Positions 33,608-43,963 of a stretch of DNA of 64,000 nt are shown here, piece by piece (positions within the stretch are counted from its first letter, which is position 1; every line of letters starts with the position of its first letter). The stretch covers positions 544,001-608,000 of the forward strand of contig CAWHDP010000002.1 of assembly GCA_963828125.1 (NCBI GenBank), written 5' to 3'. This DNA comes from an uncultured Chlamydiae bacterium (GTDB lineage: Bacteria > Chlamydiota > Chlamydiia > Chlamydiales > SM23-39). The notes below the pieces were generated by a model that saw only the letters and a program-made list of their open reading frames with translations, was not told the DNA's origin and did no database searches. A program made the translations under genes and the position numbers.

Positions 33608-34567
33608 TTGAACATGAAAACATTTATTGATGAAGCCGGAATCTTTACCGATCCTCAACAGTCGAATGCCCATAAAGTCTCAGCAGTCGGGGCCTTGGTC
33701 ATTCCTGATTGTTCTTATGCTGGCGTTTGCGACCTGCTTACCCAACTCAAAGATCAGTGGGGAGTCAAAGGCGAGGTGAAAGGAAGTAAGCTAACAGAAA
33801 ATCAAGTGCGATCGTTAGTGGAGGGACTGGAAAAGCACAATGTCCTATTCGATGCCGTAATCGTCGATAGCAAGTTTTGCACTCCAACTACGATTGCAAA
33901 CCATAAAGCCCACTTTGCTGCTAAGGTTCTGGCTAATATTTCCCCTTACCACCATCCCAATGTCGTAAAACAAATCCAGACTCTAAGCAAAACGATTGCA
34001 GAAATATCCGACCAACTCTACCTCCAAAGCTTAGCCATGACCTCCCTCGTTCACAGATCACACCAACTCTCAACCCTTTTCTATGTACAACGGACCCCAA
34101 GCGAATTATCTCAATTTCAATGGGTAGTAGACGCGAAGCAAAAAACCCTGACAAAATCGGAACAATGGTGGAAGGATATGCTCAACCCGTGCCTCCAAGG
34201 AATGAGCATGATGAACCCCATGATCATGCTCAAAGGCGCCGACTACAGCCACTACTACCAGTTTAGCGATGATACTCGCCCTACCTTCGGAAGTATCAAT
34301 AAGATTCTCAACGACTTCTCATTTCGAGATTCGGCCTCAGAGGAGGGTTTGCAGCTAGTGGATATTTTAACAACGTCTCTCCGCCGTGCATTAAATCAGA
34401 AATTTCAAATAGAAGGATGGCGCGGAATCGGTCGATTGATGATCCATATGAGAGGTTATAATCTGCTGTCTGTCATCCTCGAGGGAACTATCCCCACGCA
34501 GCAAAGCGTACCCTACCACCATGTGGCTGAGACTTTAAATAAAGAAGCACAGTCGATGATCATCTAG
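33608..34567 (+). CDS. DUF3800-like (RNase H-fold) protein
   Basis: FIDEAG N-terminus, E.KG, DS...GLQLVDIL. Confidence 0.75.
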   Translation: MNMKTFIDEAGIFTDPQQSNAHKVSAVGALVIPDCSYAGVCDLLTQLKDQWGVKGEVKGSKLTENQVRSLVEGLEKHNVLFDAVIVDSKFCTPTTIANHKAHFAAKVLANISPYHHPNVVKQIQTLSKTIAEISDQLYLQSLAMTSLVHRSHQLSTLFYVQRTPSELSQFQWVVDAKQKTLTKSEQWWKDMLNPCLQGMSMMNPMIMLKGADYSHYYQFSDDTRPTFGSINKILNDFSFRDSASEEGLQLVDILTTSLRRALNQKFQIEGWRGIGRLMIHMRGYNLLSVILEGTIPTQQSVPYHHVAETLNKEAQSMII

Positions 34568-34682
34568 CCTCTATTTTGAACATGGCTGGCTAGCAGTCGG
34601 AGTTGAAAGGATGGAAGGCGAAAAGCCCGCGAGAGTTGAATCCCGCGAGCATTTATTGAGTTTCAGACGTATTTAGCCAAAA

Positions 34683-35306
34683 CTACATGTATTGTCTAAA
34701 ATCATTCTTACCAGAAATAGGATTGTAAGTAAGAAAATGTTTCAAGGTTGCAGGCACTTCATCGAAAAGCAAGTCTACTTTTTGGTTCTCTATCGCCACG
34801 CGATATCTTCTTAAATACTCTTTAAAATGAACAATGAAAGCAGACAAGTACTGAACAAATTGAAGTCGGGTTGAAAGATCAAATTCAATTAGAGGTCGCT
34901 TAGCTAAAACTTCTGACTCGTAAGGCATAATCCCCTCTACAGGTTTTCCTTGCCATACAATCACCTCTTCTAACGTTGAGAGAAGAAAAAGTCTGAAGTT
35001 CTTTGATTTTTCATCGGCTTCCCAACTCAGATACCAACAAGTATTAGAACAGTATCCTAAATAAGCAGGATCTTGTTCAAACTTTCTGTTCAAATGCCTT
35101 TCCTCTAATGGGTTGATTACCGAAGATTTATCTTCTCGGAGAGGATAGGTAAATGGGAAGTTAGCTTTTATTTCGCCAAGTCTTTTTTCGAGATTACGAA
35201 TCTCGTTTGAAGTGTTGTCTAATGCCTGGAACAAACCTTGTGCTTCATTCGCAAGATCATCAAGCTGAAAATTAGTTGATTGTTTAGATTTAGATAATTC
35301 CGTCAT
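34683..35306 (-). CDS. Hypothetical protein with N-terminal coiled coil
   Basis: 207-aa ORF with GAGGA RBS. Confidence 0.6.
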   Translation of the reverse strand: MTELSKSKQSTNFQLDDLANEAQGLFQALDNTSNEIRNLEKRLGEIKANFPFTYPLREDKSSVINPLEERHLNRKFEQDPAYLGYCSNTCWYLSWEADEKSKNFRLFLLSTLEEVIVWQGKPVEGIMPYESEVLAKRPLIEFDLSTRLQFVQYLSAFIVHFKEYLRRYRVAIENQKVDLLFDEVPATLKHFLTYNPISGKNDFRQYM

Positions 35307-35530
35307 AAGTCCTCTGACAATAAAATTTTAAAAGTTTGCTAAAATTCGAAGAACTCAATCTTCTAAATTGTCTCAGTCAAGAGTTAAGAGCCCAGTCAAG
35401 GGACGTTGGCTAGAATTTTGAAATCTAGATTTTCAACAGGAATAAGCAAATCACTGCGCATCCGAAGAAAACATAGCCATTTTATCTAGTGGGTGATTTT
35501 TAGCAACATGCATTTCTTGGAATGCCACCA

Positions 35531-35708
35531 ACTAGAGATATCCGAAAAACAACCCTTTTGTCAGACACAATCGCGACACAGTTCGGCTCTATTTTGGTTA
35601 TGTCTGGCCAGCAGTCGACAGTTGAAAGGAAGGCGGTGGATGGGTTATTCTACTGCTGTGAGCAGCGAATGAGTGCTGCGGTTGGTGGTAAGTGCTGCGG
35701 ACTCATAA
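35531..35708 (+). repeat. Copy of an element right end with truncated att
   Basis: 35564-35708 aligns with 42950-43094 (gatgggttattctactgctgtgagcagcgaatgagtgctgcggttg identical); att stops after GGACTCATAA; 25-mer 35531-35555 recurs at 41766-41790. Confidence 0.85.
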
Positions 35709-36332
35709 GGAGAGAGTGGGTGCTCCTAAGGTTTGAAGAGTTGATTCCTCTTTGTCTTTTTCAGAAGATTTTTTCTCACAAATCACAAGACAACTATGTA
35801 ACAATTCCGCACCTAATTTTTTCATCCTTTCATCAATGCTCGGATATAACTTTTTAAGTAAAGGAACCACAAGTTTTTTCACCTTCATTCGCAAAACATA
35901 CCGTGTTTTACCTTCTAATCGAATCATTTCTACTTCACAGATATATCTAGTTGCATTCGGCCAGACGTGGTACTCAAATACAATTTTCGATTCCTTGTCA
36001 AAACAGGACAAAAACCCCTTAAACCCATATCCCTTTCGTATTCTTATTCTAACTGCACTACCTAACTTCAACGGCTGTTCAAAATCAACCCACTTGATCT
36101 TATTTCTATAGTTGAAATTCATAAATTTGTCAGGATCTGTCAAAAAAGACCAAACAACAGATGGATTTACGCAAGAATCTTCAAACACTTCTACGCATTG
36201 ATAAAACCTCTTATTCCATTGCCTTTCATTTTTTGATCTGCAAACAATCCAAAAAACAAGAGATTGAATAGAAATAATCAAAATAAACAACGGGATAAAA
36301 CCAACATAAGTAAACAGTTCAAAATAATTCAC
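35703..36332 (-). CDS. Membrane-anchored SRPBCC/START-like protein
   Basis: N-terminal TM, P..VW.FLTD, L.LGS; its stop codon lies inside the truncated att. Confidence 0.55.
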   Translation of the reverse strand: MNYFELFTYVGFIPLFILIISIQSLVFWIVCRSKNERQWNKRFYQCVEVFEDSCVNPSVVWSFLTDPDKFMNFNYRNKIKWVDFEQPLKLGSAVRIRIRKGYGFKGFLSCFDKESKIVFEYHVWPNATRYICEVEMIRLEGKTRYVLRMKVKKLVVPLLKKLYPSIDERMKKLGAELLHSCLVICEKKSSEKDKEESTLQTLGAPTLSL

Positions 36333-36349
36333 AGAACCTCAGATTCAAT

Positions 36350-37246
36350 TTAATTTTCCACATTTTCTACATTTGCCTGTAAAACAATCCCATTTTTACT
36401 ATAGATTTTCCATGGTTCAATTTTAGAATGGGTAAAAATTTCGAAAATATATCCATCTTCAAATTCCAATCTCACATCCATTCCAGAAGAATCAATACTC
36501 ACATTTTTTAAACTTTTTCCAATAAGATTAGATATTATGTTTCTAAGATCCTTTCCTCGTTCTTCCTTAAATCCAAAATAATAGTCCAATCTTCCTAGAT
36601 AATACTCGTTATTTTTAGTAAGTCTCCACGCGGCCGTTCCTAGATCGACAAGAAAATCATTTGATAGGATCAGTTTCGAAACCTTGTCTTTCTTATAAGA
36701 AATTTCATCTACTTTTTCCCCAAGGATCGGAAGATTCACTTGCGTGAACCGATCATTAATATTTATTTGTTTAGATAAAGATTGTAGAGATTTTATCGAT
36801 TCCTTCGTCGAGCAATCGATAACCATTTCAGAATCATTAGGAAGGAAGATAAGCCATTGGTTTTCAACAGAATAATTAAAAAACGTATTTATCTTATATC
36901 CATCCTCAAAATTCAATTCTATATCTAAGAATTGCGAAATAAAAAGCAAAGATTGAAACCGCTTTCCCAGCAATTTATCAAGAAATGATTGAATGCTAAT
37001 CTCAGGATTCTCATCAGATCCAGTAATATATCCATTGTGATGAGTAATTCTCCATGACGTCCAACTTAACCAAATACTCCATTCCTTCTGAGCGCTTTTT
37101 TTTCCATTAGGAAAGACATATTCCTTTTTCTTACCAAATTCAAAAAAAATATTAGAGCCAATCGAGTTAAATGTTCGATCCATCACCTGGTTAACAAGAC
37201 TCGTATTAATTAAATCGTAACAATGCAAAAACTGTTTATGATCCAC
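36350..37246 (-). CDS. Putative immunity protein with two tandem homologous domains
   Basis: Overlaps the RHS stop; WR.T...Y..G...L.GK...D..L.FEDGY....F occurs twice; very AT-rich. Confidence 0.7.
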   Translation of the reverse strand: MDHKQFLHCYDLINTSLVNQVMDRTFNSIGSNIFFEFGKKKEYVFPNGKKSAQKEWSIWLSWTSWRITHHNGYITGSDENPEISIQSFLDKLLGKRFQSLLFISQFLDIELNFEDGYKINTFFNYSVENQWLIFLPNDSEMVIDCSTKESIKSLQSLSKQININDRFTQVNLPILGEKVDEISYKKDKVSKLILSNDFLVDLGTAAWRLTKNNEYYLGRLDYYFGFKEERGKDLRNIISNLIGKSLKNVSIDSSGMDVRLEFEDGYIFEIFTHSKIEPWKIYSKNGIVLQANVENVEN

Positions 37247-40200
37247 CTAGCAACCAATATCCTTCTTCTACCATTTCATGATAACCATAACCTTGTCCTG
37301 TGACATGATCGTGAAACTTTCTCTCTTCTCTAGGATTTAATTTTCTTCCCAACTGTCTTTCAATCGCTTTTTTTGCATCTTCAGCCTGTTTATTTTGATC
37401 TGTATTTGATGTTGGCGTACCTGGATCATTTTTTGATATAGTATATGACCCACCTGTGCTGCGAGAGTCAAATGAAATATCTTGAGCATGATAAGTAGTT
37501 GTCGCAATCCCAAGACCCATTAACGCAGCGCCGGTGCTTGTTGTTAGTCCCAGGCCAAATGTAAATCCTCCAATGGTAACTACTTCAAGTGCGAAACCAC
37601 CAGCCATGATAGTTCCCCCTAAAACGATTTGGCCTAAGCCAAGAAGATATCCACCAACGCTTTCTCCATTAGGATCTTGATAAAGAAAAGGATTATTAAA
37701 AACATACTGATATAGATTAGAGTGATCCTCAGGACCAATCGGATCAGGAGTCAGCCAACGTCTCAAAGAGGGGTCATAATAGCGCTTACCAAAGTAGATA
37801 AGTCCTGTTTTAGGATCGTACCTCTTTCCTGCGTACGCATAGGGAATCTCCCCAGAAAGGCCAAATCCGAAAGCATCGCAATCATTTTGCTTGAAGATCT
37901 TCGTCTCTTTCCAATCAACGAGGAAGCGGGTGATCCCTTGAACATCTATGATCGGAGCATAAGGCGTTTGGTTAATCTCAATGGCTACAGGAGTAGCCAA
38001 TCCAGGAATTTTAAGCTCTTTAGGTTCTCCATTTTCAAACGCCCCTATTTCTTCATCGCCAATGTAAAGAAAAGCGGTCTGCCCTCTTTGAAGCCTTCTC
38101 CCTAGGGCATCGTATACGGATATTTCCCCTCCCGATTCAACGAGTTGATCAAATTCATCATAGACGAATCCGGGCCTGACGAGGTTTCCATTTAGGTCAT
38201 AGCTAAGCCCTTCGATTTGATTAAGAGCATCAACAGTCATCGACTGACCATTTAGCTCTTGGAGGTTGTAACGAACATCATAAACAGCCGTAAATCGTCC
38301 AGACTCGAACGTCATTTGCGACTGAGGATCATAGGTGTAACTGTAATCCCCCCGTCTAATTAGATTCCCGGATGGATTGTAGTCAGCGGTTTCTGCGTAA
38401 TATGGGGTATTGTGACTGACTTTTCTTCCCATTCGATCGTACTTGTAGTTTGTTTGGAAGAATCCTGTACTTAAGCGGGGATTGCCTCTTAAATCATGCT
38501 GATCGTAGGTATGGGAATACGCTTCAGTGCCATCGTTTGAAACCCTAGTGACTTTTTTCAGAAAAGGGCCCTCGTAATAATACGCGATTCGAGTCCGATC
38601 AGGCAATCTCCGCTCGAGAGGGCGATCCCAATCATCGTAATCACTTTCAATCCAAAGACCATTAGACCATTCTTCTCGCTTGATATTCCCAAAGGCGTCG
38701 AGCTTTCTAGAAAACCCTGTTCCCCCAATAATCCGATCCAACTCATCATATCGGAATTCCCGAGTTCCTACTTTTTCAAGACGCCACCCTGTATCATATT
38801 CGTGAAACAATACTGTCCCGTCGGGCTTTTGCTTGGTCAAAAGCCGATCGCCTGGTGTGTAGGTCCAATTCGTAGTTCGAGTACCAGCCTCTTTAATCGA
38901 CTGCCTTTTGCCGTTTAGCGTGTAACCAAAGGTAAGATGATCCTGTTTCTTTAAACGAAACAACTTATCGTACTCAAATTTCTCTACTACTTGGCCTGCC
39001 ACTTCCTTTTTCAATAGCCGCTGCTCTGGATTGTACGTCTCTACCGTCTCAAGGCCCATCGGGTCGGTAATCTTTTTTAAAAGAACTTGAGATCCTTTTT
39101 CATAGCGAATTTCGGTTTTATGACCTTCTGGATCAATCTTCTGAATTAAACGATTATGCACGTCAAAGTTAAGTGTAGTGAGCCCTCCTTGCTCTATAGT
39201 AGCGATATTACCGCCCCCATCGTAGGTCCAGAAAAAAGTAAGAACTCCATCTACCGATTTCTTACGTATCCTTCCTAAAGCGTCATTCGTATATTCAGTT
39301 CGACGCCCTCCTCTTTCTTCCCAGGCTAAAAAGCCGAGAGCATCGTAGCCAAAGCGACTAATCCGATTTTGACGCTTCTCTTCAATTTTTCTGCCCACGA
39401 GGTCATATTGGTACTCGGTGACAAAACCTGCGGCATCGATCGTCTCATAGAGATTGTAGCTGTCATTGTGGAAAATAGTAGTGGATTTGCCCACAGTTTT
39501 TTCTTTTGTACGACCGAGAGCATCGTAAAAGTAAGTTGTCACTAGCCCATCTGCATCTGTGTGAGATTTAAGCAGACCATTGGGGAAATAATCAAAAACC
39601 TCTTCTCCCCCACAGGGATGAATGATTTTGGCAACGTCGCCGTAACTGTTATAAGTTTTTAGAGTTTTGACCTTATACGGATCGATCCTCTCTTTTTCTC
39701 TTCCAAAGGCATCATAGACGATTTCTGTAATCGCAGATGGCTCTTCAATTCGGTCTGGCTTCCCATGAACAGGGTCATAATGGTACGTTACTTTATAGCC
39801 CAGATAGTCAATCTTCTCGATTAGCTCATCGGATACGTTGTAGTCAAATCGGGTCTCGTGATCACCCTCGTTGAGCACTTTAAGGCGACCTTTAGCATCG
39901 AATGTGCGTCTAATAACAAGTCCGTTTGAAAAAGGCTCTTCATAAAAGCACCGCCCCCTCGTGTCATATTTGTACGCGGCCACTTCTCCAACGGGGTTTG
40001 TTTCATCTAGCAGCTCCCCTTTTTCGTTATATGTTCGTTCAATGGTATAAGCGATTTTTCCGTCTGAACCATACCGTTCTTCTCTATTTGTATTCCCCCA
40101 CGCATCGTATCCATAACGGATCTTGTGGATAGGCTCGCCATTCCAATCTGTTTTTTCTTCCCATTCGACTCGATGCAAGTAGGGTCCAGTTTGGTAAAGG

Positions 40201-41729
40201 GTATAGATCGTTCTTAGCTTCCCCTCTTCCTCCTTTTGAATAAGATTATTAGCATCATCATAAGAATAAATGGTCTTTCGGAGCTGTTTGCCTGATTCCA
40301 AAGTCGTTTTAGAGATGACTAGCCGGGTATCGCCTAAATAGGTAAATGCGTACTGCAAACCATTATCATATTCTTCATGAATGACACGATTTTTATCGAA
40401 TTTACGCTTTATGCAAAAGACCCCGAAATCTCCTTCTGTTTTTTCCACAGTGGCATTTCCAGTAGCATCGCACTCGAATCGTTTTGCAATAAGAAGATTT
40501 CCCTCGCCGTCCAAAGTTTCTATGCTTTTGATGTGCTGCTTGTGGTCATATTCAAACGTTTTCTTGTTGACTAACTTGGCTCCAAACCAATTCTCAATCG
40601 CTTCTAGCAAAAAGAGTTTGTTGAAGCGATATACCGTTTGCACACCATCGGGATGAGTGACGGTCGTAGAACCGCTTTTTTCCCCTGCAATAGCTGGGTC
40701 ATAGGAAAAAGAAAATGAGCCTGAGGGATTCGAAAAAGTTTGAATACGAGAAGACACATTTTTGTTTTGAAAATAGGTACATGAGACAGGATAGTCTTTT
40801 GCATCATAGGAATTGAGAAGGGTCCTTTCGTTGTATCCAACTGTATTTGTGTAGACAGGATTTGAGCCCCTAGTCATTACTGGAAATCGAAAACTGGCCT
40901 TTTCCTTATAGCCATCTTTTTTGTACTCGCCTTTAATCTCTCGGGTCTCATAGACAAGATCCACTTCTCTTCCATCTGAAGCTAGATAATGATTGCCGCT
41001 GACTCTCGTTATTGAAGCATAAACAAATTGCCCGGTTGAGTCAGAAGATGTAATTTTGAAAAGTCCCTGATCGTTGTATTCATATCGAATCACTTTTCCA
41101 TTTGAGAGCAGCTCTCTTTCAAGCCGATAGACTCCTGGGTAACATTTGAAATATTGGCGTTGAATCCCATCAGGCCAAACAACTTTGACCAAATCCCCGT
41201 CTATCGAAAGCTCAATATTGCGAATATCGGCTGAACTAGTTGGATTCTCGCCTCTTAGGTTGCTGCACCCATAGGAATTGGTTTTTAAAATACCCTTGTT
41301 CCCTTGAATCTGAAATTCTAAAACGAACCCCTGTTGATCGCGCACTTGAAAGTAGGAGGAATTTCGGTTGTAGCCAGCCCAGAGATGAGGATTGACCACC
41401 CATCCCTTCGTTTCAAGCTGATGAAGGGCTTTCCCCAACATGAGCTGATCTAACTTATCTTTGTCTTCATAACGCCCCAGAATCTGAGGAGGCACGTAGG
41501 TTCTTTTCAAAAGAAGATCTTGAGCTCCTTTCACCAGCAGATCTATTTCGCTGATAGAAATCTGACCAGACGAAGCAGAAACATATCCATCGATTAAAAG
41601 ATCAGAAGCCAGAGAAAAAATTTCCTCAGACGAAGAAGGTATAACTTCATCAAAGGAGCCCGCAAAAAGACGAACTCCAAAACCTAAAATGAAAAACCAG
41701 CGCATAAAAATCCCTAAAAAAGAAGCCAT
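37236..41729 (-). CDS. RHS/YD-repeat polymorphic toxin, 1497 aa
   Basis: Signal peptide, YD repeats, core LIYFGKRYYDP...WLTPDP...NLYQYVFNNP...DPNG, short variable C-terminus. Confidence 0.93.
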   Translation of the reverse strand: MASFLGIFMRWFFILGFGVRLFAGSFDEVIPSSSEEIFSLASDLLIDGYVSASSGQISISEIDLLVKGAQDLLLKRTYVPPQILGRYEDKDKLDQLMLGKALHQLETKGWVVNPHLWAGYNRNSSYFQVRDQQGFVLEFQIQGNKGILKTNSYGCSNLRGENPTSSADIRNIELSIDGDLVKVVWPDGIQRQYFKCYPGVYRLERELLSNGKVIRYEYNDQGLFKITSSDSTGQFVYASITRVSGNHYLASDGREVDLVYETREIKGEYKKDGYKEKASFRFPVMTRGSNPVYTNTVGYNERTLLNSYDAKDYPVSCTYFQNKNVSSRIQTFSNPSGSFSFSYDPAIAGEKSGSTTVTHPDGVQTVYRFNKLFLLEAIENWFGAKLVNKKTFEYDHKQHIKSIETLDGEGNLLIAKRFECDATGNATVEKTEGDFGVFCIKRKFDKNRVIHEEYDNGLQYAFTYLGDTRLVISKTTLESGKQLRKTIYSYDDANNLIQKEEEGKLRTIYTLYQTGPYLHRVEWEEKTDWNGEPIHKIRYGYDAWGNTNREERYGSDGKIAYTIERTYNEKGELLDETNPVGEVAAYKYDTRGRCFYEEPFSNGLVIRRTFDAKGRLKVLNEGDHETRFDYNVSDELIEKIDYLGYKVTYHYDPVHGKPDRIEEPSAITEIVYDAFGREKERIDPYKVKTLKTYNSYGDVAKIIHPCGGEEVFDYFPNGLLKSHTDADGLVTTYFYDALGRTKEKTVGKSTTIFHNDSYNLYETIDAAGFVTEYQYDLVGRKIEEKRQNRISRFGYDALGFLAWEERGGRRTEYTNDALGRIRKKSVDGVLTFFWTYDGGGNIATIEQGGLTTLNFDVHNRLIQKIDPEGHKTEIRYEKGSQVLLKKITDPMGLETVETYNPEQRLLKKEVAGQVVEKFEYDKLFRLKKQDHLTFGYTLNGKRQSIKEAGTRTTNWTYTPGDRLLTKQKPDGTVLFHEYDTGWRLEKVGTREFRYDELDRIIGGTGFSRKLDAFGNIKREEWSNGLWIESDYDDWDRPLERRLPDRTRIAYYYEGPFLKKVTRVSNDGTEAYSHTYDQHDLRGNPRLSTGFFQTNYKYDRMGRKVSHNTPYYAETADYNPSGNLIRRGDYSYTYDPQSQMTFESGRFTAVYDVRYNLQELNGQSMTVDALNQIEGLSYDLNGNLVRPGFVYDEFDQLVESGGEISVYDALGRRLQRGQTAFLYIGDEEIGAFENGEPKELKIPGLATPVAIEINQTPYAPIIDVQGITRFLVDWKETKIFKQNDCDAFGFGLSGEIPYAYAGKRYDPKTGLIYFGKRYYDPSLRRWLTPDPIGPEDHSNLYQYVFNNPFLYQDPNGESVGGYLLGLGQIVLGGTIMAGGFALEVVTIGGFTFGLGLTTSTGAALMGLGIATTTYHAQDISFDSRSTGGSYTISKNDPGTPTSNTDQNKQAEDAKKAIERQLGRKLNPREERKFHDHVTGQGYGYHEMVEEGYWLLGGS

Positions 41730-41802
41730 CCTAAGATAGTCAAGAAATTGTGTAAAGAGCGACCCACTAGAGATATCCGAAAAAGAACCCGAAGTTAGGC
41801 TT

Positions 41803-42861
41803 TTATTTTTGCAAAACGGCTTCCTGCGCTACGAGTTTCTGTTCGCAGAAGTTGAAAACTGAGATATTACCATATTTACTGCAAGATAAAGAGTTCGAAT
41901 TAGGCGTCTCTTCGCTATTAGAAAATTCGGAAACTTTCTTTAGCAGAACAGTTATAGTGTTATGGCATATGATGTTTGCATCACTGCTCACTTGAATTTC
42001 TGATTGAATTTTTACAATAGGCTCAAAAAAATGCCATTCCGCTGGCATTAGCATTTGCTCTACCGCCAAACATTTACAAGAAATCGTCTCGTCTGCTGGC
42101 TGTATGTTTACTTGTATTTTCCCATCTCTTATCCGTTTCTCTGCTGAGACTTTAAGTACAGATCCATAAACATTGACCAAAGTGAAGCCTTCTCTTAAAT
42201 CTTGACCATGAGCTTTATAAAACGCATGTTCATCAAGAGGCTTGGTCTTTTTTAAAAACTCAGACCACATCTTTGAATCTTCTGCCGAAGAAGAGTGTTG
42301 ATTAGGAGGATAAATAAGCGCCGCACATAATACTTGACCGCCTTCATTAAGTCCTATCCAGGCTACATTGACTTCATCGTCATCCATCGTTGCATCCATG
42401 CTCATTACCGGATGGAGACCCCATTTCCACTTATTGATAACCCAATTCTTTATTCCTTGAGAGGCAAGATCAGAATCTGAGCCTTCATCCGAAAAACTAT
42501 TTTCATCGATTTGAGACACACTTAGGCTGACATCCACACGAATGACAGCTGATTTCAGATGAGATATTCCTTTTTCAAAGTAGGCTTCTAAGACATCTTT
42601 ATCTCCCCAATATACTTTACTCCAATCTTGAGGATGACGAAGTGCAACGAAATGAGCCGGCAGGCAAGGTTCAACCGCAGGCAATATCATGTAACCAGGC
42701 AAAAGCTTTTGGATCCTTAAATCTTCCCAAACTATGTCTCTTTCTACCACATTAGATACAACACCTGGATCATTAGAAATCGAAGTGTGAGAACAACTAG
42801 ATACAAGGGTCATTAGAAAAATGATCAATAGAATTCGCTTACACATTCCCTTATCGCTCAT
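41803..42861 (-). CDS. Hypothetical lipoprotein
   Basis: KRILLIIFLMTLVSSC lipobox. Confidence 0.65.
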   Translation of the reverse strand: MSDKGMCKRILLIIFLMTLVSSCSHTSISNDPGVVSNVVERDIVWEDLRIQKLLPGYMILPAVEPCLPAHFVALRHPQDWSKVYWGDKDVLEAYFEKGISHLKSAVIRVDVSLSVSQIDENSFSDEGSDSDLASQGIKNWVINKWKWGLHPVMSMDATMDDDEVNVAWIGLNEGGQVLCAALIYPPNQHSSSAEDSKMWSEFLKKTKPLDEHAFYKAHGQDLREGFTLVNVYGSVLKVSAEKRIRDGKIQVNIQPADETISCKCLAVEQMLMPAEWHFFEPIVKIQSEIQVSSDANIICHNTITVLLKKVSEFSNSEETPNSNSLSCSKYGNISVFNFCEQKLVAQEAVLQK

Positions 42862-43083
42862 ATGATCCCCTGCCTATTGCTATTACAAGGACACGATGTT
42901 ATGAGGAGAAACTTTTTAAATCCAGAGGGAATCAAACCCTGATTTTCAAAACACACTTGAGACACAGTTCGACCCTATTCTGCTTAACTCTGGACAGCAG
43001 CCAGTAGTTGAGCGAAAGGGAACTGATGGGTTATTCTACTGCTGTGAGCAGCGAATGAGTGCTGCGGTTGATGGTAAGTACGA

Positions 43084-43129
43084 CGGACTCATAACCCGTC
43101 GGTCCCTGGTTCAAGTCCAGGTTGCCCCA
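43084..43129 (+). repeat. att site: exact copy of the tRNA 3' 46 bp
   Basis: cggactcataacccgtcggtccctggttcaagtccaggttgcccca = 20008-20053. Confidence 0.95.
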
Positions 43130-43296
43130 CATTTCTTCCCGAGTTTATCACACTAAAAATGAGCTGGTTATGCAATAACACCAAAATCAGCTCAAAGTGC
43201 GATTTCTCTCCGTGGACCATTTGTGGACCACTCGCCTACAACAATTGGCGATAAGCCTAGCAGCTAACCTTTGAAAATTAAAACCAAAGGTAGCTC

Positions 43297-43963
43297 GTGA
43301 AAGGCATCGACAAACGCACCCACAAAGACGGGACGGTTTCTTACCGCGCCCGCGTTCGCATCAAAGGTCATCCAGTCCTCATCCAATCTTTCTCTTCCAA
43401 AACACTCGCCATGAAATGGAAGCGCGATACTGAATCGGCTGTTGAACGAGGCACTTTCTCTTATGAGAAACCAGGGACCAGACATACCCTCTCCGAACTG
43501 ATCGATCGCTATATCGAAAAAGTTTTACCTACCAAACCGAAGAACGCCCGCAAAAATCTCTAAACCGAGAATTTCGAATGAGCGCACCCGCTTCCTAAGC
43601 GATGAAGAACGAACAAGGCTCATTAAAGTATGCCAAGAGAGCGAATCAAAAGGACTCTACCCTGTTGTTATACTAGCTCTTTCGACAGGAATGAGGCGCG
43701 GCGAAATTCTCAATCTCAGATGGAGCGATGTCGATTTAGACCGAGGGGCGATTCTTTTGCAGACCACCAAAAATGGAGAACGCCGTTTTATCCCTCTTGT
43801 TGGGATTGCGCTAGATCTGCTCAAATCCCGACATATCAAGCAGTCTGCAAATTCTCTTGTATTCCCTGCGCCACATTGTCCATCAAAGCCAATCGATCTT
43901 CGTTCTGCGTGGGAAACTGCGCTCGAAAAAGCAAACATTTCCAACTTTCGATTCGATTCCTAA
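43297..43963 (+). pseudogene. Integrase pseudogene
   Basis: N-terminal fragment ends PKNARKNL*. Another frame continues KPRISNERTRFL...STGMRRGE...TKNG...NFRF and breaks just before HxxR. The core-binding domain is deleted. Confidence 0.88.

Larger units (their letters stand above)
35709..43129. mobile_element. Integrase-less remnant element 1b carrying an RHS toxin
   Basis: Bounded by the truncated att and a full att with GACACA arms. Confidence 0.65.

Noticed and set aside
43630..43956. N-terminus of the 340-aa ORF 43630..44652
   Set aside because: Off-frame reading of integrase DNA; real homology starts at ~43957
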